DNA from: Octopus sinensis
Lineage: Eukaryota
Length of the DNA stretch: 61,008 nt
NCBI RefSeq assembly: GCF_006345805.1
Contig: NW_021835350.1
Coordinates: forward strand, 1-61,008
Direction: 5' to 3'
The position numbers and the translations under genes are program-made. The notes under the pieces are model-generated. The model was not told the origin of the DNA. It ran no database searches and saw nothing but the letters and a program-made list of their open reading frames with translations. This document shows, in pieces, positions 28,371 to 41,775 of this stretch (its first letter is position 1; the number at the start of each line of letters is the position of its first letter).

Positions 28371-28815
28371 GATCAGTAAACCAGTGTCATCTTAATCTGG
28401 TGGGTAGCTGGTACTCTCCATCATACCCAGCAAAATATGTTGAGGGCCTAGCCGATTACAGTGATCCAAGTGCTCAACTAACACCCGTTTCATCCAACTT
28501 GTTTGCCAAAAGAAGCGAATCCTTTATTGAGCTGGTGCCACCGAAAAAAAAAAATACATCGGGATCATCCTGCAAGATTTTCGGTGTGCTGAAGATCAGT
28601 AAACAAGTGCTATCTTAATCTGGTGGGTAGCTGGTACTCTCCATCATACCCAGCAAAATATGTTGAAGGCCTAACCGATTACAGTGATCCAAGTGCTCAA
28701 CTAACACCCGTTTCATCCAACTTGTTTGCCAAAAGAAGCGAATCCTTTATTGAGCTGGTGCCACCGAAAAAAAAAATACATCGAGATCATCCTGCAAGAT
28801 TTTCGGTGTGCCGAA
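28371..28815. repeat. Tandem duplication of a 223-bp old repeat fragment
   Basis: Near-identical ORF starts at 28400 and 28623; related copy in reverse at ~31800-31915. Confidence 0.92.
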
Positions 28816-28899
28816 GAGCATGCCAAACCTGAGAACACATAATGGGACAAGGGGTGTTCCTCCGAACCTTCGGATCCTCTTGAACCGTCCTAAACATTA

Positions 28900-29100
28900 G
28901 TGGTTAGGGCAGCGGGCTTGCGGTCGGAGGATCGCGGTTTCGATTCCCAGACCGGGCGTTGTGTGTGTTTATTGAGCGAAAAAAACACCTAAAAGCTCCA
29001 CGAGGCTCCGGCAGGAGGTGGTGATCCCTGCTGTACTCTTTCACCACTCTAAAGGCGGTGCTCCAGCATGGCCGCAGTCAAATGACTGAAACAAGTACAA
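28900..29100 (+). mobile_element. Truncated family A head joined directly to a family D tail
   Basis: gtggttagggcagcgg...ctgtactctttcaccac followed by ctaaaggcggtgctccagcatggccgcagtc. Confidence 0.75.
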
Positions 29101-29249
29101 AAAAAAAAAAAATACTGGCAGGAAAAACGGATGCAAGACATTGAGGATTACGATGATGATGATGACGACGACAACGACGGAGACAAGGACGCCGATGGCG
29201 ATGACCAAGTCATTAGAGCGCCATTCGAACAAGTTGTGCAGCTGTTTGA

Positions 29250-29405
29250 GTGTCTACTAAAAAGTCTATAAATAACAAAGACGTTGACACTTTAATTGAT
29301 TCAGGAAGCAGAGGACATTTTATTCACACCTCTTTTGCCATTAATATTATATTGCCTATTAAATCTACTTACTCTATAATTACTATGGCTTTTTCGACAC
29401 AAGAC
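29250..29405 (+). mobile_element. Ty3/Gypsy-type retropepsin (aspartic protease) remnant
   Basis: INNKDVDTLIDSGSRGHFIHTSFAINIILPIKSTYSIITMA: LIDSGS catalytic motif (D at 29298-29300) and ITMA flap-like region; runs into (ATT)n. Confidence 0.7.
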
Positions 29406-29459
29406 CGTAATGAGAACTTTATTATTTTCATTATTGTTGATATTGTGGTTATTTGTTGT

Positions 29460-29483
29460 TGCTATTATTATTATCATCATCAA

Positions 29484-29534
<51 letters not shown>

Positions 29535-29542
29535 CATTATTA

Positions 29543-29591
<49 letters not shown>

Positions 29592-29615
29592 CATTATTAT
29601 TATTATTATTACTAT
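29460..29615. repeat. (ATT)n microsatellite
   Basis: Direct reading. Confidence 0.95.
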
Positions 29616-32322
29616 TTGAGATGTTACCGTGAATGACAATATTTTGATAATAATTATAATAATATCAAGTTTCCGACAATAGATGATATTTGTATATCTA
29701 CATTACAAAGACAAAATTTTATGTCACTCGAATATAATGATGTTACTTTACTACCGCTATCAATTTGTGGCCAAACTACGGCTAAAAACTGAAGAGTTTT
29801 CAAGAGAACTGAAAAGCTATGAGTCGCATAATCGATTTTATTTCGAAAAAGCGGTAAGCAACCTTTGTGGTAACAACTGGTTTATCGAAAAGAAAGATAA
29901 AAGAGGCCATTGATTTTCTAAGGCGTTCCAGCTTCATTCTAATTGTGGAAACTCCTTAATAAACTTGGAATGTTGGTAGATAATTGAGAAACTCTTAACC
30001 GAAATTCTCCTCCGCATATATAGCCCCAACCATTAATTTCAACTTTTAAGTGTTAGCGCTTGTTGTGTTAGCGCAATCTGATTCGAATTTCAAGCAAACT
30101 TTGCGAATAGCGCTCCGTTCTAAACCTGCAATAAGGATCTTCTTCAATGGTTGTATAACATTTAAAATATGCATAAAGAACGGAAATAATTCTTGTGGCA
30201 TTTTTTTACGGATCCTTGCGTTCTAAGCTCAAAACACGTCGACAAATATTGGAGTCAAAAGTATCGAGGAATTCCTCCCCTCAAAGCCGCTCTCCTTGTG
30301 TCTAAATTAGAACGAAATGTGATTTAAATCCAGTTCAGCTTATGATTAAAGGCATACCATCTCTAAAGTATTCCTGCTCGATTGTGAATTTCTTATATAT
30401 CATAGTCTCGTTTTTTCAGAGTTGTCCTTCATTCTTGTAAAGTGGAAAGGTTTTGTGCAGTGTTGTTTGGTAATCTTCGTAACTAAGCTAACTAGGCTTG
30501 GCCAATGCTTAAATACAGGAATCGGATTTTGGAAGTTTCAGTGGCATACATATATGACACAGGAAGTCCCAGAGCGAGACTCCAATATATTCATATGTGT
30601 GTATACGTGCGGTATGCGTGCTTATGTAACGTATGGTCTAACATAAATAAAATATGTGCTGCTCTCCATTTTTGTTCTTGTATTCTACAATGACTTTCTT
30701 GAAATTCTTCTCAATGACATTTGCATTTACTTGTGATACATAACGAATTACCTTGGGTGTTAATTCTGCATGAATTTATTAGTATCTGATTGGCTGATAT
30801 TGTTAGCCAAATTCGTGTAGCACTAATTATGTTATAGATAGAGTTCTGCTTGGATACGCAAATATTAATAATTCAAAGTAAGTAAGGCCATTTTTGTCAA
30901 TTTCTTATTACCTTTAATAATATCACAAAAATAGGATTTTAAGCCTCTCAAGTCTTGTGTTCTTAGAATACTGTAGTTGTCGAAAATGAAAAGCATTCCG
31001 TGTGAGGGGACTGTATCTTGTATATTTTTGCAATCCTATTTGTATCCTATTTTTAGGTACATTGCTTTACTAATGAACATAAGAAAATGATAATTATATT
31101 GAACAGGAAATTTTAGCCATTATTGAAAATGCCACAAAGTTAATTGAAAAATCATTTTTAATTATTGTTGACGGATCACGAGTCTGTTGATTTCCTTTCA
31201 TCAAGTGATACACAAAATATAGTTGAAGCGTAGCAATAGAGACTGCCTGAATATCGTCATAAGATTTTGTATCATCCTGGAAGAGAAAACCCTGATTCTT
31301 TCTCTAAATTTTGGATTGCTGTTTGGTTGTTTCTCTTTGGCGTTCGACTTCTTTATCACATATATGAAGTCAAAAGTTTACCTTCAGACGAATATGATAT
31401 AAGGAAATGGAATTGTTCCTGTACTGTTTATGCTTGTATTAAGCTAGAAGTTTTCGCTCAAAATTTATGAAGTGAAAATGTTTTGCGCAGTCGATTTAGC
31501 GGGACAAAAAAAGGACATACAAATTCTGTTCATACCAATGATAATCCACAGCTGGGTATCATCTGATATTTTGAGTGAAATCCAAAGTGTTGCGTGTCCT
31601 CAACATCAATTTGATATCTAAGGTTTGAAGCATGCCATGATATATCGTATATTTATCGTGTATTTATTAATGTAGATTTTAAAACCTAATATTAACCATG
31701 GTACATGATCTCGGCAAAGAAAATGTTTTTAAAATGGACAAAAACGGCTGGCATCGGAATTGAATCCCTGTATAAAATTAGGAAGTATTTTTCCAATTTT
31801 GCAGGATGCTAAAATGCATTTTCTGTGGCACCAGTTCAATAATTTTTTTGCTGCTTTTGGCAAACAATTTGGACGAAATCCATCTTACTTGAGAACCTGG
31901 ATCGATGTAATTCGCTAAATGTCAGGCCTTCAGCTTATTTTTGAAAGTATTTTCGAAGCTAGATGCACATACATGTATTCACATATGCACACCCTTGCAA
32001 ACACATTTGCACGTACATACATCCATAAACACATACATATACACATACATACATACATACATACATACATACATACATACATACATACATACATAAATAC
32101 ATGCTAAGTTTGTAATGTTTTAACTGTTATGTAAATATTTCAACGGGTCAGTTGTTTGTTTCAACTTTGTCGGTCTCATCAGTGCAATAAATCTCTTTGA
32201 AATCTTGCCAAGACTAAGTTTACCTTTCACTCTTTCGAAATCTATGAAATAAAATAGAAGTGTTTGAATGTTGTACAAAATCCCTTAAGTTATCAATTCT
32301 GGCTCTGATCGTACTGAAAGGA

Positions 32323-32383
32323 GAGTTGTATGAAGTTGTATGAAGTTGTAAGAAGTTGTGTGAAGTTCTAATGAGTTGTATGA
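32323..32383. repeat. 10-bp tandem repeat (gaagttgtat)
   Basis: About 5-6 degenerate units. Confidence 0.8.
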
Positions 32384-32594
32384 AGGAGAAACTGCAACTT
32401 TTCCACAAACACACCTTGAACTTTTTCTCTTTTTTTTAGAGTCTTACTTGTTAGTTATCATCAAAATACGAAAAACAATTGTTTCAAATACAAAAGCAGC
32501 AAGTATAATCTTCTGTTTTGGAAGAAACTAAGGAAAGTATTCATTTATTCCTAAATTCTCCAGTTGTTAATAGATACAGACGCACACGCACACA

Positions 32595-32652
<58 letters not shown>

Positions 32653-33192
32653 TGTATATGAAGTGGATATAAGATGATGATTATCCTACTCACAAATTCC
32701 CTATTTATTTGCGATGATTTATTGCGCTAAATCCAAGCTACTCGGATGGAAAATTTTGAAACCCTTTAATACATATCCGGTTCCACTATTATGGGTTATG
32801 TTCAAGCATCACCGACACATGACCAATCAATACCAACTTTTGCCTAAACACACAACACCATCACACAGTCAAACCTTCACCACATCTCACTGTAACTATG
32901 ATGAATCATTGAATATATCAATTATTATTACTGTTTATTTTTAATTATAACGGAATCATTCCCATGACTCATGTCTTTCATCAGGATCATGTAGATATCG
33001 ATAAACCTAGGTATATCATAGGTAAAATGGCACTCAGCCTTTTCAGATATGCATAGAGACCTCTGCTTGTTTTGTTTACTTTTTGATAACAAAGATATAA
33101 AAAATTTCCGATGCAAAACTTGTGTTTCAAGGTGTCGTGTTGGCATACGTTTATATGTAATAATCCTTGTTTATCCTATACAGTGATATATA

Positions 33193-33227
<35 letters not shown>

Positions 33228-33245
33228 AATAGAATATACATATAC

Positions 33246-33337
<92 letters not shown>

Positions 33338-33362
33338 ATATATATATAGGTATGTATGTATG

Positions 33363-33570
33363 TGACGACCGCGTGTGTACCGTTGGTGATATTTTTTCCT
33401 CGTCTTCCTTTCTCCGGATTTTCCTTTTCCTATGTTTCTGACAAGAGCTCCGCTCGAAACGTAAAACCTCCTTCTTCTCTCCTTCCTGAGCGTCCAATAA
33501 TACTATACTTGTTCCACGTCCTCGCGTTGTTGTGTTTTCTCTTTGTATTTTCATGTTTGGTATAACTAGT
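33363..33570 (+). mobile_element. ~210-bp hammerhead-bearing non-autonomous element next to (TA)n
   Basis: Paralogous to 55200-55405; motif GTTT-CTGACAA-GAGC/GCTC-GAAAC-GT-A-AAAC at 33434-33467. Confidence 0.85.
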
Positions 33571-33578
33571 ATAATATA

Positions 33579-33635
<57 letters not shown>

Positions 33636-34969
33636 TAATTATATTAGGCGTAAATGTGTATAGTTATGTATATATTCATATGTGAGTCACAGAGAGTGAG
33701 AGAGCGAACACATTTTAAATTCATATAATTGTTGCAACCATTTCTGATATCGGCGCTGGTCGCCATTGTTGATTCCATAATAGCCGTTATCTCAACGTAG
33801 CCCTAAACCTAACCACGCTCACCACCACCGTTCCACCACCATTTCCATTATCACATTCCTTACCGTTGCTATCCTATCCTGGTTTTTTTTTTAAATAATA
33901 CCAGAGAACATGAAAATATTATGAGTCATCGGCTAAGAGCGATGAACTAGCAAAATCATTATATAGTCGGATAAAATATCTTGCAGTATCTAGTTACAGT
34001 ACATTAGGTTCTGAGTTCAAATCCCACCCAAGTCAAATTTGTATTTTCTCCGAGGCAGATAAAACAAAGTCTTAGTTATTCAACGTAAACCCTTTTCCTA
34101 AATCTGACATTGTTCATATATTAGAAGCGATACTATCGTTGACTAAAGAAACATTTTCTCAGCACACACTTATTTGTAGTTATATTTTTCAATCATCATC
34201 TCAATAAATATTTTTACTGTAACTTAACTGTTATTATTTAATGCGGATGGCATCACTGACTTCTTTCCAACATTGCTCATATTTTTCTTAGTACTGTCAT
34301 CGCATCACGTGTTTTCCTCTTCTCTTTTCATTGCTTGCCTTCTTATCTCAATGTGTACACTTTGGTATTTGAAGTGACCGTCTTCATCAACTTTCAACGA
34401 GAACATTGCTCATTTAAAAAAAATCTGGAGTGGTTCTCAAGAGAAATCGAACCAAGATTGTCAGCACAGAATTATTGTTAAGGAGATAATACATTCAACA
34501 ATATAAGTCTGGTCGTATATTCAGGAAAGTACAACATATTTTGAACCATTTCTTTCCATTATTGGCAGTCAAGACCATCCTGGTTTCACCATGGAAACTA
34601 ATTTCATTCTATTCCTACTCTTTGCTATTGTTGTAAATATTGTCATTGTAGGTGTGGTGGTTGTTGTTGTGGTGGTGGTGGAGGTGGTGGTGGTGGTAGT
34701 TTTGCAGTCGCTGTTGTTGGTGTTGTTTTGTGTTGTTGTAGGTGTCATTGTTTACATCAAACTCTCGCAAGTCTTTGTCAAGATTTCACAGAAGTGCCTT
34801 CTGCAAGTGATAGCCGTATCAGTCGCTGACAAAACCAACCATTCTGTTTGTCCTGCTATGCAATTCATCAATTTATTGTGACAAAGATATTTCTCACATT
34901 CAAGGAAAGCAAAAAATGAGATCAGTTGATGCTAATGAAATATTATTGTTCCTTTTCCTTTCTTCCCTG

Positions 34970-34997
34970 CTTTATATTATTATTATTATTATTATTA

Positions 34998-35036
<39 letters not shown>

Positions 35037-35047
35037 CATCATCATCA

Positions 35048-35093
<46 letters not shown>

Positions 35094-35098
35094 CATTA

Positions 35099-35147
<49 letters not shown>

Positions 35148-35260
35148 ATCATTATTATTATATTATTATTATCATCATTATTATTATTATTATTATATTA
35201 TTATTTATTATTTTATCATCATTATTACTATTATTATTATTATTATTATCATCATCATTA

Positions 35261-35302
<42 letters not shown>

Positions 35303-35319
35303 CATCATCATCATCATCA

Positions 35320-35350
<31 letters not shown>

Positions 35351-35385
35351 TATTATTATTATTATCATTATTATTATTATTATTT
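34970..35385. repeat. (ATT)n/(CAT)n microsatellite
   Basis: Direct reading. Confidence 0.95.
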
Positions 35386-35986
35386 CCTTTTTTTATTCTC
35401 ATTTATGTTTTCTATTTTTTTTCCTCTTCCGAAGTGTGAATATTTATCAATGGCTCCAAGAGGATTTCAGCTAATATGACCGTTTTTTTTCCTTCTTTGC
35501 CGTTGACGAATCAATAATGCTCGTTCGGTATTTTGCTTCGGTTTAAGTTAATTATGCTCCTCCAGATATTGTTTTACTAGAATAGGTAAACAATCGTTAT
35601 TTAGCAAAGGTGACAAGACATACTGCTGGTGCGAATTCATAACACTGTCATTGCAATCTCTATATTATAACTTACTTTCATTCGTTCATATTATTTACGA
35701 CAATGAGAAGCTATCAGGGACACAATACCGTCCCTTCATACTAAACATTATTAAATAAATCTTCGGTTTTATATGATAACCAAAGTCACAGGCCATTCCC
35801 AAATCCAATCCCAATGACAGATTCTAAACATGATAACGATATAATTCATAGTAGCAACTCCATTTTCCTTAAATCACATCTTAGAAATAAATGGTTCCTA
35901 CGATAACAGAGTCTTAAGTGCATTCAGAGTTATGGAAAACAATACGAGTGTTAAGGAAGGAATACGTTTAATTATAAATGCTGCTT

Positions 35987-36357
35987 GTTTGTTTGTTTGT
36001 TTGATTGTTTCTTGAGCGAAGCGGGGAGAAGTCTGAATCGTGGTTCTTTGCTATTCGTAAGACCCGCAGAAGAGAAAGCAGGTCAACCCCCGACACCGAG
36101 ACCACCGATGGATGGATGAATGTGCATCCAGGCTCAGCGGTTGCGTAGGAAGTCGGGGACAAGAAGCAGGAAGAGAGAGTGAGAGAAAGTTGGAGCGAAA
36201 GAGTACAATAGGGGTCGCCACCACCCACTGCCGGAGCCTCGTGGAGCTTTAGGTGTTTTCGCTCAATAAACACACACAACGCCCGGTCTGGGAATCGAAA
36301 CCGCGATCCTCCGACCGCGAGTCCGCTGCCCTAACCACAGGGCCGTTGCGCCTCCAC
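35987..36357 (-). mobile_element. Family A SINE with alternative 3' half and (CAAA)n tail
   Basis: Perfect 14-bp TSD tataaatgctgctt at 35973-35986 and 36358-36371. Confidence 0.92.
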
Positions 36358-37074
36358 TATAAATGCTGCTTCATAGCTGGCAGGGACTTGTAATTACACA
36401 ACTACAATAACAGTGACCAAGTCACAAGCCTTCGTATTACACACATATCAGAGATTTAAAAGCGTTAAAATGTGTTTGGAAGTACGTATTTTTAAATTAT
36501 ACTTGGAGTTATATAGTGGTTAAATTGCATATAGGATATATCCTACCTGGAAATATGCATACAACTCTCTTTAATTACTCTGTAATTTCTGCCGATTCTT
36601 AGTAAAGAAACGTATTCTCCAAGAAAAGGCATTTTAGCTTCTGCTATTATACATTAACTATTTCGTTAAAAGTTTCCAAACCATCGTCCGTTCTGCTTCG
36701 ATCTACTCTATTGTCTCGAAGTCTAATTAAATTATTAGGGTACCCAATAGTTCCGTTTGGTTCTATTGTTTAACACCACTGAAAATCACGTATACTATTC
36801 CCTATTTTCTGAGAGAGAGAGAGAGAGAGATAGAGAGAGAGAGACGAATGTAGCCATGGTATGGAGAAGTAAAATTACGAATATTAACAGAACCTGAATA
36901 CTGAAATTGGTGATTCATTCTTCTCACTTTTATTGCTTGTTCTTAAAAGTATTTTTCTATTTACATTTAATAAATGTATCATAATAACTTTAATAGATAT
37001 TCTTATTTGATAGGAATAAAACGATTATGACATGTGTGTGTAGTAGATTATATAACCCCCCCCACCACACAACA

Positions 37075-37111
<37 letters not shown>

Positions 37112-37272
37112 CTATATGCATACCACACACACCACACATTATATATAATATATATAATATATATATATTATATTAAGCATAGTATATTTATATGTCTATA
37201 TATAACATATATATAGAGATTTAAATATTTGCTTTATATATATTATGTATAATATATTTCATAATATATGCG

Positions 37273-37312
<40 letters not shown>

Positions 37313-37576
37313 GCCAATTTTAGAAAAAAAGAAGAGAGGGAAGATATGTATGAACACAAGAATGTATATTGGACGCTCGAGAAAATAAAATGAAAATGTC
37401 TTTTCAGCCTACGCTCCCAAAACAAAAAGAAAGAAAGAGAAAATAAATAGAGACATAATGCAAAAAGTTATAGATTTAAGCATACAGAGAGAGAGAGAGA
37501 GAGGCAGAGAGACAGACAGACAGACAGAGACTCTTTATATATTATATATATGAATTACATATATATTACATATACG

Positions 37577-37621
<45 letters not shown>

Positions 37622-38991
37622 CTATGATATTTTATATACATTTTATTAACATTATAATAATTATGCATTGCGTATATTTATATATATGTGTGTGTATGTG
37701 TGTGTGTATTAGAATACGTAAACACATTCGTATACATGTATGGACAGGTAAATATTTGTGCTGTTTTGGATACCCGTAATTTGATATACAGGTGTAAATC
37801 TTAGTGCCACTTTACATCCCCGAACATCAATAATATTTAAACAGAAATCCCTGACAAATTAGCATCGAGAAAGTTAGAAACTTAGAGAAATAAATACTAA
37901 GGGGCGAACTCCAGCATGGCCCTAAGCCACTGTCTGCAGCCGGTAAAATAATGAAGAATAGAAGCAATATATATATACATATATATATAAATTCAGCAAA
38001 AGTTAGATTCAGATGACTATGGTACTTAAAGACACCAGAATTCGCTATAGTATTATCCATATAAATAAAATTAGGTGATTATAATCAAAATAAGCAAGAG
38101 GAATATTATGCTACTTCATTTTATTTCATGCTACTTCTTTATAAAGTAGCATGAAACGATTGTACTACACTACCTTGGATATCCATTGCTTATATTTTGT
38201 ATGTATATATATATATATATTATATATATATATATTATATATATAATATATATATATATGGGAGGTGAACGTCTATGTGCGTTTCCGTGAAATGATTTGA
38301 CGTCTATGTTGAAGAAAATGTTTGAAGAAGCGATCATTAAAGGAAAACTTCAATGCTTTCTTATTTAAATGAAGTTACACGCAACCATTTGTGTATATAA
38401 ATAGCCATGTACCAGTGTGTGAAAACATATACACGTATTTACAGGTGTAACTGTGTATTTACATAGGTATATAATTTAATGCAAGCGTGTCCGTAGAGAC
38501 ACAAATCAAGTGACTTTGAAATGATTTACAAATCTCCCCTGTTCTCAATAATTGGTTAGAATCTCATTATTTCTAGGTTCCTAAGTAAATACGTTCTTAT
38601 TTGTTTTTCTCATAGATTTCATCCGCTTGTATCAAAACAGTTCAGTTAGTAATTAAAAGAAAGAGCGATACAAAAGTTAACTGCGAAATAGGTTCGCTCT
38701 AGGAGAGAAAGCAATATTTATTTCGTATTAAGACCTTAATGCACCTTGTACTAAATGTTAACACTAAGTTTACTATATATATATATATATATAGAATATA
38801 TATATATACATATATATGACTCTGGAAAGTCCTTTGAGGTGTTGTGGACATCTGGGGAGAATGAATGATGAAAGTATTTTCAAACAATATTTGTAAGGTG
38901 AGCTGGAAGATCCTTGGAGGCGAACCCATAAACCCAAAATGAGGTTCCACGTCCTCGCGTTGTTGTTTTTTCTCTTTTGTCATTTTGGGAT

Positions 38992-39040
<49 letters not shown>

Positions 39041-39045
<5 letters not shown>

Positions 39046-39765
39046 TTAATAAGGGTGAGAGAATTAGATACTAATTTAATAGTATGTCAATTCAACACCA
39101 AGTGGTCCAGTGCCTCGAGAAACCTGGATTATTATAATATTTTATAATATATTATAATATTATTTTATACAAAAATAAATATAAGAGAATGGTCACTATG
39201 TGGCTCATTCTAGCACTAGAAAATCAAAAGGTTTTCAAACCACAAAAATACATGTTTCACATGAAAGTCAGTACGATTGTTAGCTCACACGAACAGGGCA
39301 AAAAAATAACAACAACATACAGATTATTTTGGGACAATTGTTTCGCTATTAATGAATTAAATGTAATTTAATTACAAAAAACCAAACTTGTAGCTCCTCA
39401 GCCAAAACTATCTGGATGAAATCCACTCAATCACACGCCAGATTTTACCATAACGATAAATACACGTGTGGTTCAATTGATTACATCCGACGTTATAATT
39501 CAAATGCCCCTACTAACAGCGCGCCAAACTTTCACGGAGACAAATACTACATTTAGAAATAAATGTAGCATAATTATAATTAATTAATAAGGGTGAGAGA
39601 ATTAGATACTAATTTAATAGTATGTCAATTCAACACCAAGTGGTCCAGTGCCTCGAGAAACCTGGATTATTATAATATTTTATAATATATAATATATTTT
39701 TGTGGTTGAAACCTTTTGGATTTTCTAGTGCTAGAATGAGCCACATAGTGACCATTCTCTTATAT
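39041..39765. repeat. Direct repeat A (39041-39160, 39583-39695), each followed by segment B in opposite orientations (39182-39250, 39696-39765)
   Basis: aagggtgagagaattagatact... occurs twice; aagagaatggtcactatgtggctcattctagcac is forward once and reverse-complemented once. Confidence 0.88.
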
Positions 39766-40204
39766 TTATTTTTATATATATCTATAATATATATATATAT
39801 ATATATATAATATATATATATATACACTTATATATATATATATAATGGATTTATAATAAGAATAAAGAATAGAGCTTTATATCCTGTTTTATTCGTTAGT
39901 TAATTACTTCATTCCGTTTTAGCACCTACACATGTTTCTGCAACAATTAACTAATGAGATAGTTATCTGTGTGTATATATAAATATATATAAGATGATCA
40001 GGAACTTATGCCGGAGAATTTTAATTCGTGTAAGCGAGCCATTTAGTCGCCGAGTTCACTTCAGTTCAGTACGCAAAAGTTGAAATAATTCTCTGCTTAT
40101 AAGAAATGGAAAAGATGTGCTTCATATACACCTACGTCTGTCATACAGAAGCGAAAAAGATTTGGTGGCATGTATCATACACTCATTAAATTGTTTTGGC
40201 TGTG

Positions 40205-40575
40205 AAAGGCGGCGAGCTGGCACAATTGTTAGCATGCCGGTCGAAATGCGTAGCCGTATTTCGTTTGCCGTTACGTTCTGAGTTCAAATTCCGCCGAGGT
40301 CGACTTTGCCTTTCATCCTTTCGGGGTCTATTAAATAAGTACCAGTTATGCACTGGGGTCGATATAACCCGTTTGTCTTTCCTTGTTTGTCCTCTCTGTT
40401 ATTAGCCCCTTGTGGGTAGTAAAGAAATAGGTAGTTCGCCCATCGCTGCGTTCTGAATTCAAATACCACCGAATTTGAATTTGTCTTTCATCCTTTCGGG
40501 GTCGAGAAATTCAGTACCAGATGCATACTGGGGTCGATCTAATCGACTGGCTCTCTCCTCACGAAAAATTGCAGC
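40205..40575 (+). mobile_element. Family B SINE: head + body + variant second body with a different tail
   Basis: Degenerate TSD attaaattgttttggctgt (40185-40203) / attaattgtttttagctgt (40576-40594). Confidence 0.8.
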
Positions 40576-41446
40576 ATTAATTGTTTTTAGCTGTCTATAC
40601 CGTTGCGAGCAGAGGAGGCAACCGCCTCAGGCCTGCCGCGCTTCATCAAATAAAATAACGGCTTTACTTTGCTATTCATAGTACTGGAGTCTATAAAAGG
40701 GGTCAGTGAAGTGTTTGTGCGTGTGTGTGTGGAGGGGGCAATAACCGATTGTTTTCTCCCTTATATATCTTGACTTTGACTCTCTATCAGAAATTATGGA
40801 TAATACATAGAATCTTGTCAATATTTCTCCAATTCTCAAAACAGGGTTGTTCTGGGAATCGGGAATTGTATTTGCTTAGATAAAGTAATTTCAAGACTAT
40901 GTGTTAAGCCAATAGTTTTCAGGGGGAAAACATTAGTTGATTACATCGTTCCCAATACGAAATAGTAATTTATTTTATGAAAGGTCTAAAGAGCGATGAA
41001 AAAAGTTGATCTCCGTTGCTTTCGACCTCAGAATGTAAAGTGCTGGAAGAAATACTGTAGTTTATTTTTTTCTGACGTAATTTCTGAGACACAAGACGAG
41101 AAATTTTAAGGAAATTTTAAGAAAGATAATATCGATACCAGTAATTAGTTGATACTTTATTTTATTGATTCTGTGGGACGAAAAAGAAATCTAATCACAA
41201 CGCGGCGTCAATTGTCCTCGGGTCTTGGATAGGGAACAAAAGTACTAGAATTATGTCAATCGACAAACTTGAAATGGTATTTAAATGAATAATAGCTATT
41301 CTGTAATATGTGGAGCCCTTTTTCAAAGGTTACTTGACCGTCAGCCTGAATACAAAACTAATATTTTATATTGAGACAAAATCGTAACCCAACGAATACC
41401 TACTGACCATTTTATGCTTCTGATGTGAAGAACAAAGCAATTACTA

Positions 41447-41775
41447 AATGCTACTGTTATTTGGCCATAGGAAACATCGTTCCCTGTTGGACTTGACACA
41501 TTTCCTGTGTCCTTATGTTTTCAAAGTGGAGACAAGTTCCTCCACCCAACAAAACCAGTATTCAGAGACTAGTTTCAGACTCATTGCTCATCATCAGTCT
41601 GGAGTAGCATGGCTTGCTGGCTGTCGATGCCTATCCGCCTTTGAAAACATATATATTTCAAGTGAAATACATTCACTATTTTTGAAAATAGAAATAATAT
41701 ATTTCTAAATCTCTCAGGAAATATGTTGAGTCCAACAGGAAACGGTGTTTCCCAGGGTTAAATAACAGTAGTATT
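41447..41775. mobile_element. Foldback element with 60-bp arms and a central hammerhead motif
   Basis: 41447-41506 is approximately the reverse complement of 41716-41775. Confidence 0.75.
41563..41601 (-). ncRNA. Type-I hammerhead ribozyme motif
   Basis: CAGA-CTGATGA-(TGAGCAATGAGTCT, weak stem II)-GAAAC-TA-GT-C-TCTG; intact core, GUC site, palindromic ACTAGT stem III. Confidence 0.65.

Noticed and set aside
28400-28832. Two near-identical ORFs MGSWYSPSYPAKYVEG...
   Set aside because: They come from a tandem duplication of a degenerate repeat; no domain recognised
31805-31915. Apparent exon DAKMHFLWHQFNNFFAAFGKQFGRNPSYLRTWID with a strong acceptor
   Set aside because: It is the reverse complement of the old repeat duplicated at 28371-28815
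33800-33815. ccctaaacctaacc as an interstitial telomere repeat
   Set aside because: Only about two imperfect units
40693-40708. TATAAAAG followed by a TCAGT initiator
   Set aside because: Spacing of about 11 bp is too short for a TATA-Inr pair
41716-41765. GNGVSQG as an RT PQG motif or small exon
   Set aside because: It is the right arm of the 41447-41775 foldback; no other RT motifs nearby
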